DNA from: an uncultured Acidobacteriota bacterium
GTDB taxonomy: Bacteria; Acidobacteriota; Vicinamibacteria; Vicinamibacterales; 2-12-FULL-66-21
Assembly: GCA_963695655.1 (NCBI GenBank)
Contig: CAVOHG010000008.1
Location: 13,380-77,379, forward strand
Length of the DNA: 64,000 bases
Direction: 5' to 3'
Within the stretch, counting starts at the first letter, position 1. Each line of letters opens with the position of its first letter. Below the pieces are notes generated by a model. That model ran no database searches and was not told where the DNA came from. It saw nothing but the letters and a program-made list of their open reading frames with translations. Positions 33,278 to 44,497 of the stretch are shown here, in pieces. A program made the translations under genes and the position numbers.

Positions 33278-33884
33278 GAACGCGGATCTGCACGGGAACG
33301 TTCCCGAGAGCTCGCCGGTCGCGCTGCTCCTGATCGATGTCATCAACGACATGGACTTCGACGGCGCAGAAACGCTCGTCACGCAGGCCGAGGCCATGGC
33401 CCCCCGCATCGCACGGCTGAAACAGCGCGCGCGCGAGGCCCGCATTCCCGCTGTTTACATCAACGACAACTTCGGCCGCTGGCAGTCGGACTTCAGAAAG
33501 CTGATCGAGCATTGCCTCAACGACAACGTACCGGGGGAACAGGTCGCCAGGCAGCTGCGGCCGGCAGACGACGATTACTTCGTGCTCAAACCGAAACACT
33601 CGGCCTTCTTCGAGACGACGCTCGACACGCTGCTCGCGTACCTTGGCGCAACCACCCTGATCATGACCGGCATCGCCGGCAACATCTGCATCCTCTTCAG
33701 CGCCAACGACGCGTACATGCGCGACTACAACATCATCGTCCCGTCCGACTGCGTCGTCTCGAACACCAGGCGTGAGAACGACAATGCGCTCGACCAGATC
33801 GAGCGCGTGCTCAAGGGTACGGTGACGCCGTCCGACCAGCTCGACCTGGCGGAGCTCGTCGCGCGCGCGCACCGTCGGCGGTAA
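33258..33884 (+). CDS. isochorismatase-family cysteine hydrolase
   Basis: VALLLIDVINDMDF..IPAVYINDNFG..DYFVLKPKHSAFFETTLDTLLAYLGATTLIMTGIAGNICILFSANDAYMRDY. Confidence 0.85.
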   Translation: MHQVKDKNADLHGNVPESSPVALLLIDVINDMDFDGAETLVTQAEAMAPRIARLKQRAREARIPAVYINDNFGRWQSDFRKLIEHCLNDNVPGEQVARQLRPADDDYFVLKPKHSAFFETTLDTLLAYLGATTLIMTGIAGNICILFSANDAYMRDYNIIVPSDCVVSNTRRENDNALDQIERVLKGTVTPSDQLDLAELVARAHRRR

Positions 33885-33930
33885 GCGACCGTTGCCGATC
33901 AGGCGCTGTCTCGCCAACCGACATTGATAA

Positions 33931-33984
33931 CCGGGACTGGTGACTGGGAACTGGTGACTGGAAACTGGTGACTGGAAACTGTGA
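33931..33984. repeat. tandem heptanucleotide array, unit ACTGGNN
   Basis: Sequence reads ccggg actggtg actggga actggtg actggaa actggtg actggaa actgtg. Confidence 0.85.
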
Positions 33985-33993
33985 GAAATACGG

Positions 33994-34657
33994 TCAGCGC
34001 GGCGCTGAAACGATCAGCGCCGTGAGCGAACCGTCGGGCGCTCGCAGCGCCCGAACCGCGCGCAGGTCGTCGACCAGGAAATCGCACGGTTCGACCGACG
34101 CGAACGTGGTGCGCAAACCGATGACCGTCGCGCCGGCAGCGCGGCCGGCCAGCGCGCCGGCCGGCGTGTCCTCGAGCACCACGCAGCGCTCGGGAGCGAA
34201 CGCCCAGTGCGGCGGCCGCCTTGAGATAACCGTCCGGCGCCGGCTTACCCTCCGCGACATCGTCCGCTCCAACCAGGACCAGCGGACGCGGTAAGCCGAC
34301 TGAGGCGAGGCGCGCCAGCGCCAGCTCGTGGCCGGCAGATGTCACGACCGCCCACCGATCGGCGGGCAGCGTCTCGAGCAGCGCCTTGGCGCCGGCGATC
34401 GCGGCCTGGTTGCTTTCTTCACTCGCCTCGAGCGCATCGAGGCGCGCAGCTTCCTCGGGGGTCGCGAGGTGCGGCGCCACGATCGCCATGGTCTCGAGCG
34501 TTCTCCGACCATGCGCAACCGCGAGCACGGCGTCGGCAGAGAGGCCGTGCTCGGCCGCCCATTGGAGCCACATCCGTTCGACCAGCTCGCGCGAGTCGAC
34601 CAGCGTCCCATCCATGTCGAAGAGCACGGCGTCGCACGCGATGACTGCCTCACTCAT
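33994..34657 (-). CDS. HAD-IA family phosphatase (beta-phosphoglucomutase-like), frameshift near 34215
   Basis: MSEAVIACDAVLFDMDGTLVDS..WAVVTSAGHELALARL..GKPAPDGYLKAAAALG. The next frame continues CVVLEDTPAGALAGRAAGATVIGL. Confidence 0.85.
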
Positions 34658-34799
34658 GCGAGGCCGCCGAGTCGCGGTTCGCCTGACGACGTGTGGATTG
34701 AGGGATTCAAGCGACCGGCTGCTCACGACGCTGCCAGCGCCTGCACTGCGCTCATGGCAGCGGTCACAATCCGGCCGCCAGCGCCACACCGGCTGGAGC

Positions 34800-35588
34800 T
34801 CACCTGAAGCCCACCGTCGCACCCGGTAGAGAGTGGCGAACGAGAAGTCGGGCGCGGCGCCGCCCTGACCACCAACCAGTTCCCCGCCGCGACGGACGTT
34901 GTCCTGCATCCACGGGGGAACGAGAAGGTGATACGGGTTACGCTGGACTTCGCCGACATGGAACGAGAGCGCGGTAATCATCCGGGTGACGTCCTCGACC
35001 GACAATTCGACCATCAGATTGGGCGACGGCATCGCGCCCCAGAACTCGGTCTCGATCGACCAGCGGCGAGTAGCCGGCCGGCTGTGTGCGCAGCGCATCG
35101 AGGAGCAGCAGGTGAGTGCCGACGTGCGTACTGTTCCAGTCGGTGTCATGAGGAAAGAACATCACCGCAGGCCGCTGTTCGGCAATGATCCCCGCGACTC
35201 GTTCGACCGAACGTGACCAGTGCTCCGGCTCGTTCGTCCGCGTCGTCGGATTGACACGCTCCAATCCTCTGGGCGCGGTCGCAACGAGATCGAAACCGAG
35301 GTACTCGCAAGCCGCTTGCAGCTCGTTCCAGCGCGCGTCCTGCCGATCGGCTCGACTGCCCTGGGTCACGGCCACGTTGACAACGCGCATCCCGGCTTCG
35401 CGGACCAGGCGGAGCGCAAGCCCGCCGATGATGCACTCGTCGTCCGGGTGCGGGGAAAAGATCAGCGCGCGCGGCGCATCAGCCGGCAGCAGCGGACGCT
35501 GTGGCGCCGGAAATCCACCCAGAGGATAGTGCTTGCCCTCCCGGAGCAGTCGATCGAGTTGAGTGACAAAGTCGTGATACGGGTTCAT
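34800..35588 (-). CDS. PIG-L/LmbE-family deacetylase, frameshift near 35055; 3' end unresolved (as assembled the frame runs stop-free into the HAD gene)
   Basis: ALIFSPHPDDECIIGG..VAVTQG.. and FFPHDTDWNSTHVGTH, then LVIETEFWGAMPSPNLMVELSVEDV..FHVGEVQRNPYHLL. Confidence 0.7.
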
Positions 35589-35591
35589 TCG

Positions 35592-36999
35592 CTACCGCGC
35601 AATCTCAGGAAGGCTTGCGGCCGCAATCGCCTGGCCGTGGCGTTTGTCGTGTTCGTCAGGTACGTGGAACGCGATCTGCCGTCCGAGCTCCGGAAACTCG
35701 GCCTCGAGCACGCCGCGGGCGCCATCGACGATGTCGTCACCGCCGGGCCCTGAGGTCACCCGGCCGAGAACGAGCACGTGCTGCAGGTCGTAGAAGGCAG
35801 AGAAGTGGGCCACGCCATAACCGAGGTAGGTCCCGATCGTCTGGTAAATCTGCCTGGCGCGCGGATCGCCGTCGGCCATGAGCGCCTGCACGATCTTCAG
35901 CTTCTCCGGAAACGGCATGTCGCGCGGCGCCTCGATTCCGGCCGGCCCGATCAGCCGCGCAACACACTGCTGCGAAAAGTACTGGGATCCGACGCCGTAG
36001 TCTTCTGACCACTCGTCGACCGGGGCATCGGGGCTGTAGTCCACGGGAACGAATGCGAGTTCGTTCAACCACGTGGTGATGTTGCCGTCCCGTGTCACGT
36101 AGCCGCCGGCAGTACTCGTTCCGAGCGCAATGCCGAGAATGGCATGCGCGCCAAGAGACATCGATCCGGCGAGCGCCGTCACCTCGCCGTCGTTGACGAC
36201 TTCGAACGGCACGTCGTTCCACGCCCTGCGCACCTCGAGGAAGAGGTCCTTGACGCGGGCGTCGAAGACATCGGCCGGCACCCCGCGGAAGAGGGAACCT
36301 GCCTTGACCCTGTTGTTGACGTAAACGCCGGCGGCGCTGCCGCCAATCGCGTCGACCCTGGGCAGATGCGCCGCAGCCTTCCGGAGCGAGTCCATGATGC
36401 CGTCGAAGTGATACTGGGGATCGGGCTTGTGGTACGGATCCCACACCGTTTCGTCGCTGAAGACCACGCGTCCATCGATCACCGCGGCCGCCTTGCGATC
36501 GCTGCCGCCGAGATCGAATCCGATCCGGCAGCCATCCAGGTGGCGGCCGAGTGGCCGGGTCACGGAGCGTTCCGGCGGCAGTTCGCGTGCGGCGACGACC
36601 TCGACCGGATGATCGAAAACCCGTCTGCCGACGAAGTCGGCATCGAACCGGCCCGGGGCTGTCGCGACATAGTGCGACGCGAGCGTGGCGGCCAGTTCCG
36701 GAGGGCCGTCGACGTAAATCCGCCATCCGCCCCTGCGACCAGAGGAGAAACTTCACCAGTCGTTCGATGTGCGTGTGGTTCGCCGCGGCATGCGGATGCG
36801 ACGCCGGCAGTACGGCGGTTTCGAAATGGAAGACCGAGCCATCGGTCTGTTCGAGTCCGAGCCGGACGGGAACCGCGGCGCCGCTCGCGGCGACGAGCCG
36901 TGCGAACGCACGCGTGGCGAGCACGGCCGGGCGAAATCCAGGATCGAGGGCCGCGGGCACGCGCGGCGCGGGAAGAGGGAAGTCACTGATCGTGTTCAT
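35592..36999 (-). CDS. ROK-family protein (sugar kinase-like) with ~140-aa N-terminal extension, frameshift near 36725
   Basis: IGFDLGGSDRKAAAVIDGRVV..AIGGSAAGVYVNN..VVNDGEVTALAG..GIALGTSTAGGYV. The N-terminal ORF 35737..36999 reads well only up to ..HIERLVKFLLWS. Confidence 0.75.
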
Positions 37000-37111
37000 G
37001 GCTGGCGTCTGACCTGCACTCTCAGTGTTTCACGCGGATTCCGCCGCCAGTCCAGAGCGCTCTCGCATCCCATGCAGTCTGGAATCGCTTCGGGCGAAGG
37101 AACGTTCCAGG

Positions 37112-38438
37112 CTAAAGCCGGAAGCCACCGCCTCGGGCATCTGGCGGAAAGACAATCGAATCGTGTCGTCCGACAGTGAAGAACAGGATGGCGACACCGA
37201 CGAGCGGCATCAGCGCGGCCATGAAGAAGACCGGCACGTAGCTGTAGCGATCGACGATGACGCCCGTGAGGTACGGGAACAGAATGCCGCTCAGCCCGCT
37301 GGCCACGCCGGTCAGGCCGGTCACGCGCGCCACGGCCGAATCAGGGAATACGTCCGAAACCGTCGCAAACATGTTCGCCGAGAGAAACGTGTGCCCGAGA
37401 AGTACGACCGAGATCGCGGCGATCGCGAGCGGAATGCTGTTGAGCAGGGGAACGGCAAAGCTGAGCAGGCACAGTCCGGCGCCGGTCAGCAACGTCGAGC
37501 GTCGTGCCGCGCCAACCGAAAAGCCGCGAGTGATGAGCCAGCCGGCGGCGAGGCCACCGCCAATGCTGCCGATGTCGCCGAACAGGAATGTGACCGAATT
37601 GAAATACGAACTGTTGGCGACACTGAGATGCCTGACGTCCCTGAAATAGTTCGGCATCCAGTAGATGTAGAACTGGACCACCGGCCCGACCCAGAAGCGG
37701 CAGAGCATGAGGCCCCATGTCTGTTTCAGCCGGAGCAACTGCCTGTTCGTCGGGGCGGGCGCGCCGGAGGCGCCTGACCGGCCGGCAGCGATGTACGCCG
37801 CTTCCGCGGATGACAGACGCGGGTGCTCATCGGGATGCCGGTAGAACACCCACCACGCGGCGACCCACAGCAGCGCCGAGCGAGCTCGGGACAAGAAACC
37901 CGATGCGCCAGCCGTAACGAGTCGCGATCGGGATGACGAGGAATGGCGCGATGAAGGATCCAATCATCGACGCGCTGTTGAAGACGCCAATCGCCAGCGC
38001 CCGCTCGCGCATTGGAAACCACTGCGCAACGACCTTGTTGCCGCCGGAGTAGTTCGCACACTCGCCGGTGCCGAGCCAGAAACGAAACAGGCGGAAGCTC
38101 CACAGCGAGCCCGCCACCGCGTGCATCGCATTCCCCAGCGACCACCAGACGACCGCCGCGGTCAGGCCGACTCTGACCCCGACCCGATCCATCAGCCAAC
38201 CCATCGGAAACTCGCCGACCACCATTCCGAACTGGAACCAGGACACGATGGTGCCGTACTGAGTATTGGAAAGATGGAACGTATCCCGGATGATCGGGGC
38301 GAGAACGGAGAGCGTCTGCCGATCGACGAAATTGATGACCGTGACGCCGAAAAGGAGGGTCAGGATCACCCAGCGCACGTGCCCCGTCGCCGGCAGGGAC
38401 CGAGGCGGCTCGAGTGTGGGGCTGGCTCGCTGGCTCAC
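37112..38438 (-). CDS. MFS transporter, ACS/hexuronate-transporter-like, frameshift near 37890
   Basis: WVILTLLFGVTVINFVDRQTLSVLAPIIRDTFHLSNTQYG..RFWLGTGECANYSGGNKVVAQWFPMRERALAIGVFNSASMIG.., then a second half in ORF 37112..37963. Confidence 0.85.
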
Positions 38439-38561
38439 GCGTGCACGCCCGTCACGAGCCGCACGCGTACCCGGCGCCGGCTCGTGGAATCACTGCGGGG
38501 GAGCATGGCAGGTGGCGATCATACGCACCGCCGAGGAGGGGCGCAACCGGTCGCCGCCGCT

Positions 38562-40979
38562 TCAGTCGCCGCGCAGTGCCTCGAGCGGCGCGATGCGCGA
38601 TGCGCGGAGTGCAGGCAGCGCGCACGCGATCAGGGCGACGGCGCCGAGCAGCAGCGGCACGCTCGCGAAAGTGACCGGATCCGTCGGTGAGATGTCGAAC
38701 AGAAGGCTGCGCATGACGCGCCCCGCAGCCGCGGCACCCGCCAGGCCCAGGACGATCCCGGCGGCCGTGAGCGCTGCGCCATGACGGACCACGAGGGCGA
38801 AGACCGACCCCGGTCGTGCGCCGAGCGCGAGGCGCACGCCGATTTCGCGCGTTCGCCGAACCACCATGTACGCCATCACGCCGTAGATTCCCAGCGCGGC
38901 AAGGAGCGCCGCCGCGGACGCGAACAGTCCGAGGAGCAGTCCCGCGAAGCGCTGCGTGGCGATACTCGCGGCCGCTTGAGTCGAGAGCGTGGCGACCTGG
39001 CCGACGGCGACGTCGCGATCGAGACGCGCGACTTCACGACGCAAGGGCTCCGCCAGAGCCGCCGGGTTCCCGGCGGCTCGCACGACGACGATCATGAGCC
39101 CCCAGGGATTCTGGCGGTGCGGCACATAGACGAGCGACCTGGCCTCGTCGGCGAGGCCGTCGTATTTCACGTCCGCGACAACTCCGACGATCTGTCGCAG
39201 GACATTCTCGTCGCGCCACGACCGCATGCGCCGGCCGATCGGATCTTCGGTGCCGAACACTCGTCGCGCCATGGTTTCGTTGATGATCATGACTGGCACC
39301 GACTCGGCCTGGTCGCTCTCGGCGAAGGCCCGCCCGCGAACGACGCGCATGCCGACGGTATCGAAGAAGCCCGGCGTGACGACATTCCAGTTGGCGGGGA
39401 AGTCGCTCGACCCCGGCGGCTCGGGCTGACCGTCACGCAGGAACACCCGGCCAAGACCAAATCCGCGCGCACCGGCCGGCACATACGATGCGGCGGCTGC
39501 ACCTTCCACTCCCGGCACCGCGCGCAGATTGTCGGTGAGCTGGGTGAAGAAACGGACGCGATCTGCGTCGACCGAGTAGCGGGGACCGCGCAGGGCGACG
39601 CGTCCGGTGATCACGCGATCGACATCGACCCCGGGATTGACGTGTATGAGGCGTGACACGCTGCGCAGCATCAGCCCCGCTCCGGCGAGGAGCAGAACGG
39701 CCAGCGCAGTTTCGGCAATCACCAGGACGTCACGAAGCCGCCCCGAGCGGACGCTCGCCCCGGCGCCGTGGCCTTCGCTTCTCAACGTCTGTGCGGAATC
39801 GTTGCCCGATGCCGAGAGCGCCGGCATGAGGCCGAAGAGGAGCGCCGTCGTCAGGGTCAGCAGGGCCGCGGCGACGATCGACGGCGCGTCGATGCGGATC
39901 GCGTCCGCAAAGGGCAGCGTTTCTGGCGCCGCCGCGATCAACGCGCGCACGAGCGAGAACGCGAGCGCGAGTCCCGCGGCGCCGCCACCGGCGGCGAGAA
40001 GGAGGCTCTCGATCATCAACTGGCGCACAATCCGTCCCCGGCTCGCGCCGAGTGCCGCCCGCAATGCCACTTCGCGGGCGCGGTCCGCGCCCCGGGCGAG
40101 CAGCAGGTTGGCCAGGTTCACGCACGCGATGAGCAGCACCAGCCCGACGCCACCCAGCAGCACGAGCAGGCCGGTGCGGACTTCCGGATCGACGATGTCA
40201 TCGCGGAGCTCGATGAGATTGCTGCTCCACCCGGCCCGTGACTCGGGATGCTCCTGCGCCACCCGGGCCGCAATCGCTCTTACCCGGGCGCGTCCCTGTT
40301 CGAGGCTCACGCCGGGGTGCAGCCGTGCGACGGACTGGAAGATCATGTTGTCGCGCCGCGTCTTCGAATCGGCGTCGAGGCTCGCCGCCAGCAACGGCAA
40401 CCAGAGATCGACCTCGAGTGGCCACGCCCGCTGGGAGTCCATCACCCCGGCGACAACGAAAGTGACTCCGCCAATGCGCACGCTTCGGCCGGCGATGTTC
40501 GGATCCGCGCCGAAGTGCGTCCGCCACAGCCGATCCGAGATGACCACCGCGCGTGCGGCATCGGCCCGGTAGTCGGCCTCCAACAGCAGCCGCCCGGCAA
40601 CGGGAGCGACGGCCATGGTCCGGAAGTAACCATCCGACACCTGCAGCCCGGTGACCCGCTCGGGCGCCTCGGTCCCGGAAAGGTCGAGCGGCAGCTGCCG
40701 GTACACCGCGACCTCCTCGAACACGTCGCGCTGCACGCGCCAGTCTTCGTAGTCGGCGTACGGCACGCTGGCGCGGTCGAAGCCGCGCGCCGCGTTGGTG
40801 CTGACCGGAACCGTCACCCGCCCGGGCTCGACCAGTGGGAGAGGTCTGTACAGGATCGCGTAAACGGCGCTGAAGATCGCGATCGTCGATCCAAGACCGA
40901 CGGCGAGCGCGGCAATCGCAGTCAGGGTGTGAGCAGGGGCGCGGCGGAGCAGTCGGAGGGCATAGGTGATGTCATTCAT
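38562..40979 (-). CDS. ADOP-type MacB/FtsX-like ABC permease, intact
   Basis: Uninterrupted ORF. From MNDITYALRLLRRAPAHTLTAIAALAVGLG.. it shows LIACVNLANLLLARGADRAREVALRAALGAS.. and ends TREIGVRLALGARPGSVFALVV..ASRIAPLEALRGD. Confidence 0.9.
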   Translation of the reverse strand: MNDITYALRLLRRAPAHTLTAIAALAVGLGSTIAIFSAVYAILYRPLPLVEPGRVTVPVSTNAARGFDRASVPYADYEDWRVQRDVFEEVAVYRQLPLDLSGTEAPERVTGLQVSDGYFRTMAVAPVAGRLLLEADYRADAARAVVISDRLWRTHFGADPNIAGRSVRIGGVTFVVAGVMDSQRAWPLEVDLWLPLLAASLDADSKTRRDNMIFQSVARLHPGVSLEQGRARVRAIAARVAQEHPESRAGWSSNLIELRDDIVDPEVRTGLLVLLGGVGLVLLIACVNLANLLLARGADRAREVALRAALGASRGRIVRQLMIESLLLAAGGGAAGLALAFSLVRALIAAAPETLPFADAIRIDAPSIVAAALLTLTTALLFGLMPALSASGNDSAQTLRSEGHGAGASVRSGRLRDVLVIAETALAVLLLAGAGLMLRSVSRLIHVNPGVDVDRVITGRVALRGPRYSVDADRVRFFTQLTDNLRAVPGVEGAAAASYVPAGARGFGLGRVFLRDGQPEPPGSSDFPANWNVVTPGFFDTVGMRVVRGRAFAESDQAESVPVMIINETMARRVFGTEDPIGRRMRSWRDENVLRQIVGVVADVKYDGLADEARSLVYVPHRQNPWGLMIVVVRAAGNPAALAEPLRREVARLDRDVAVGQVATLSTQAAASIATQRFAGLLLGLFASAAALLAALGIYGVMAYMVVRRTREIGVRLALGARPGSVFALVVRHGAALTAAGIVLGLAGAAAAGRVMRSLLFDISPTDPVTFASVPLLLGAVALIACALPALRASRIAPLEALRGD

Positions 40980-41067
40980 GGGCTCGGTCCGCTGCCTTGG
41001 ACGGGACGACCTCGCAAAAGGTTGGCGACCGCTACCGCCAATCACGCCGGCGTAACGGCCGAACTCA

Positions 41068-42099
41068 TCAGCGGCGTCGGCGTGCCACCAGTGCGCTCCT
41101 CCCGGCGCCACTCGGAATTTCGGAGGGCTCGTCGAACCCCGCGCGGCTGAGCCACCGCGACATTTCGGCGGTCGAGTAGCATCGTCCCTGCGTGACGTGC
41201 ATCAGCAGCACGGAGTACGCGGCGATGTTGAGCGGCCCGTCCTTCTGTGCATTCAGGAAGGCGTCGTGGACGATGAGGAGCCCTCCTGGCGCCAGCGCCT
41301 CCGCTGACGCCTGCAGCAGCTGTTCGACGACAGGCTCGTCCCAGTCGTGCAGCACGTTGGAGAACAGATGGACATCGTACCCGCCCGGCAGCGGCTCGTT
41401 CAGCATGTCCCCGGGAACGACGCCGACGCGGTCGGTAAAACCGCGTTTCGCAATCGCGCGCGTCGAGATCCGATCCACCGGCGGCTTCTCCAGCACCGCC
41501 GCCTCGAGGTGGGCGAACTGCGCCGCCATCGCACAGGCGTACACGCCGGAGCCACCGGCGATATCCAGCAGCCGGGAGGATCCCGACAAGTCGAGTCGCT
41601 TCGCCAGCGCGGGACCCAGCCAGAGGCCGCGGCAGTCCATCGCGGCCGTGAACTCTTCGGCGAATGACTCGGTCTCCATCGCGCGGTGCCAGTCCGCCTC
41701 GTTCTTCCGGCTGGCAAAATTGGCCGGCTGCCCCGAACGCAGGATTTCAATCAGATCGCGCGCGATCGGACGATCCGCGGGCTTCGGAAAGTACGGGCCC
41801 AGGAACCAGGGCGACGACGCGACGAGATGTTCGCGGCCGCGCCCGGTCAGTTCCAGCACGTCACCGCTGCGCTGCAGCAGTTCCATCGCCACAAACAGGG
41901 TCGTCATCACGTCCACAGGCCGGTGGTGGAAGCCGAATCGACTGGCGATCTCCGCGACGGTGCCGGGGTGAGTGTCGAGCCACGAGAAGAAATCAAGCCC
42001 GGTGAGCGCCGCGATCAGCATGTCGTCGGCGTAGAGCTGGTCCCGGCTGCGGTAGATCGAGCCGGGATCGGTGTGCGGCAGGCTGGTCAGATCGTGCAT
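41068..42099 (-). CDS. class I SAM-dependent O-methyltransferase (Methyltransf_2 / dimerisation-domain type)
   Basis: 343-aa intact ORF with SRLLDIAGGSGVYACAMAA (SAM motif I), VVPGDMLNEPLPGGYDVHLFSNVLHDW and GGLLIVHDAFL. Confidence 0.8.
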   Translation of the reverse strand: MHDLTSLPHTDPGSIYRSRDQLYADDMLIAALTGLDFFSWLDTHPGTVAEIASRFGFHHRPVDVMTTLFVAMELLQRSGDVLELTGRGREHLVASSPWFLGPYFPKPADRPIARDLIEILRSGQPANFASRKNEADWHRAMETESFAEEFTAAMDCRGLWLGPALAKRLDLSGSSRLLDIAGGSGVYACAMAAQFAHLEAAVLEKPPVDRISTRAIAKRGFTDRVGVVPGDMLNEPLPGGYDVHLFSNVLHDWDEPVVEQLLQASAEALAPGGLLIVHDAFLNAQKDGPLNIAAYSVLLMHVTQGRCYSTAEMSRWLSRAGFDEPSEIPSGAGRSALVARRRR

Positions 42100-42158
42100 C
42101 GGGTCCTCGAGATGGGAACGGCGGCCAAGGATACCTTGTCGCGATCCACAATGGTGTC

Positions 42159-42990
42159 GTGAACGAACCGATCCTGGAGTTGAGCGGGGCCACCGTCGTC
42201 AAGGACGGGCGCCGCGTGCTGGACGACGTGAGCCTGACGATTCGAGCGGGAGAGCACACCGCGATCCTGGGCCCCAATGGTGCAGGCAAGTCGATCCTGG
42301 TCCGTCTGCTGACGCATGACGAACGGCCGCTGGCACCGGCGAACGGAACAGCCCCGGTGCGGGTGTTCGGCGAACAGACGTGGAACATCTTCGACCTGCG
42401 ATCGCAGCTGGGCATCGTGTCGTCGGCCCTGCATCATCATTTCGTGAACGGGAACAGCGAAGGCTCGATCAGCGGCGAGGCCGCCGTGCTGTCGGCGTTC
42501 CTGAATTCGTACGGCATCCTGCGGTATGGCGAAGTCACGGATGGGATGCGGGAGAAGACGGCCGCCGCGCTCGCGGCGGCGGGCGCGTCGCACCTCGCCG
42601 GGCGGATGCTGGACGAGATGTCGAGCGGCGAAGCCCGCCGGGTGCTGCTGGCGCGGGCGTTTGCCACCGCGCCGCGGGCGCTCCTCCTCGACGAACCCAC
42701 GACCGGACTCGACATGGTGGCGCGGCACGCGTTCATGGAGGCGGTTCGGCGCCTCGCTCGTGCCGGGACGACGCTCGTGCTCGTCACGCATCATGTCGAG
42801 GAGATTGTTCCCGAGATCGAGCGGGTCGTGCTCCTCCGCGACGGCAAGGTCGCTGCGCACGGGCGCACGACAATCGGTGCTGACGCCATCGCGGCTGGGC
42901 AGTCTCTTCGGCCGTCCGATTGTGATCGAGGACTCGGGCGGATACCAGTATGCGAGACCCGCCGCCTCATCCTCGAGCGACGTCGCGTGA
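42159..42990 (+). CDS. ABC transporter ATP-binding protein (ModF/YlmA-like, stand-alone ATPase), frameshift at a GGG run near 42862
   Basis: Walker A GPNGAGKS, signature MSSGEARRVLLARA, Walker B LLLDEPTTGLD, H-loop VTHH. The tail in the next frame reads SVLTPSRLGSLFGRPIVIEDSGGYQYA. Confidence 0.85.
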
Positions 42991-44395
42991 CCTCGAGAAC
43001 GCTGACGCCGCTCAATCTCGCGTTGATCGCGTTCGGGGCCGTCGTGCTCGGGCACGCACTCCAGATTCGTGACGGCTTCTACGATGCCGTCGCGCTCCGA
43101 TGGGCACTGCTTGCGGCCGCGTGCGTTCTCGCCGGCGCGGCGCGCCTCGGCGGCGCCGCGCAGGATGAGAGCGTCGGAGCCCGTGGTTGCCGGCGTCCTG
43201 CTCGCCGGACTGCTGTCGAACCTGCTCGCGCTCGCGACGATGCCGGTCGGCATGTACCTGGTCCATCCGGAACCGGCACGTCACCCGGAGTTCCTCGCGG
43301 GCACTGCGGTTGCTGCCGTTCTGATCGTGCTCATGGCATCGGACCGGGAGCGCGCGCGATCGCTGTGGTTCCCGGCACTGCTGGCGATGTACGCCGAGCT
43401 CGGGGTGTGGCTGATTCGCGTGTCGCCGCGGCCACACATCGACGTGATGACAGTGTTCCAGGAAGGCCTCGCGGCACTCGGAACACTCAAGAGTCCGTAT
43501 TCGATCACCTTCCCGAACATTTACGAAAACGCCGACCTCTATGGCGCTGGCCTGGTCGTCAACGGCCAGGTTCAATTCGGCTTTCCGTATCCGCCGCTCA
43601 GCCTGTTGATGGCGGCACCGGCGTATCTCCTCGGCGGGGACGTCCGCTACGCGGAGCTCACGGCGCTCGTGGCCGGGGCCGCGTGCATTGGATACTGCGG
43701 CCGTGGCCGGATCGGGCCGCTGGCGGCCGCCGCGCTTCTGTTCACGCCGCGGACCTTCTTCGTGCTCGAGCAGGCGTGGACCGAATCACTCGTCATCTGC
43801 TGGGCGGGTCTGACAGTGTTCGCGGCGACGAGAGTGCCTGTCATTCGCCGAAGTGTCGGCCGCGCCGGGACACTGCGAGGTGTGGCTCTCGGACTCCTGG
43901 TAGCGGTCAAGCAGCACCTCGCGATTGCGCTGATGCTGACGGCGTGGCTTCGCCGGCCCAGAAGAAGATCGTCGCACGGCATTGACGATCTTCATCGTTG
44001 CGTGCGCGACCGCGGCGGCGGTGACGCTCCCATTTGCTTTCTGGGATCCCGGCGGCGTGTGGCGGTCGGTCGTGATCCTGCAGCTGCGGGAGCCGTTCCG
44101 GGCCGACTCGCTCAGCGTCCTCAGTTATTACGCCAGCCACGGCTGGCAGCCGACGCAGGGTATCTTGCTGGCTGCACCGCTCTGTGCGCTCGCCGCAGGG
44201 CTGGGATTGTCGTGGTGGCGCCTGCCGCGGACGCCCGCGGGGTTCGCGATCGGCCTCGGCACAACCTTCCTGCTCCTGTTCCTCGTCAGCAAAAAGGCGT
44301 TCTGCAATTACTACTTTCTCGTGATCGCGCTGCTGATGGCGGGTGTTGCGGCCGCGAGTGCGGACTTGACGGAGACGGATGGGGGGAGCGGATGA
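42987..44395 (+). CDS. polytopic membrane protein, DUF2029/GT87-like (GT-C glycosyltransferase fold), frameshifts near 43170 and 43965
   Basis: The GTG start overlaps the ATPase stop (GTGA). Many TM segments; [60 protein letters not shown]. Confidence 0.45.
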
Positions 44396-44396
44396 A

Positions 44397-44490
44397 CGGT
44401 TCCGGGTTCCGGGTTCCGGGTTCCGGGTTCAAGGTTCCGCGTTCGTTTCGGAGCGCCGAGCCCCGAATCCCGAGCCCCGAGTCCCGCCGC
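44397..44490. repeat. tandem heptanucleotide arrays (GGGTTCC x4-5, then CCCGARN)
   Basis: Sequence reads cggttcc gggttcc gggttcc gggttcc gggttca aggttcc gcgttcg tttcgga gcgccga gccccga atcccga gccccga gtcccgc. Confidence 0.9.
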
Positions 44491-44497
44491 TACGGGC

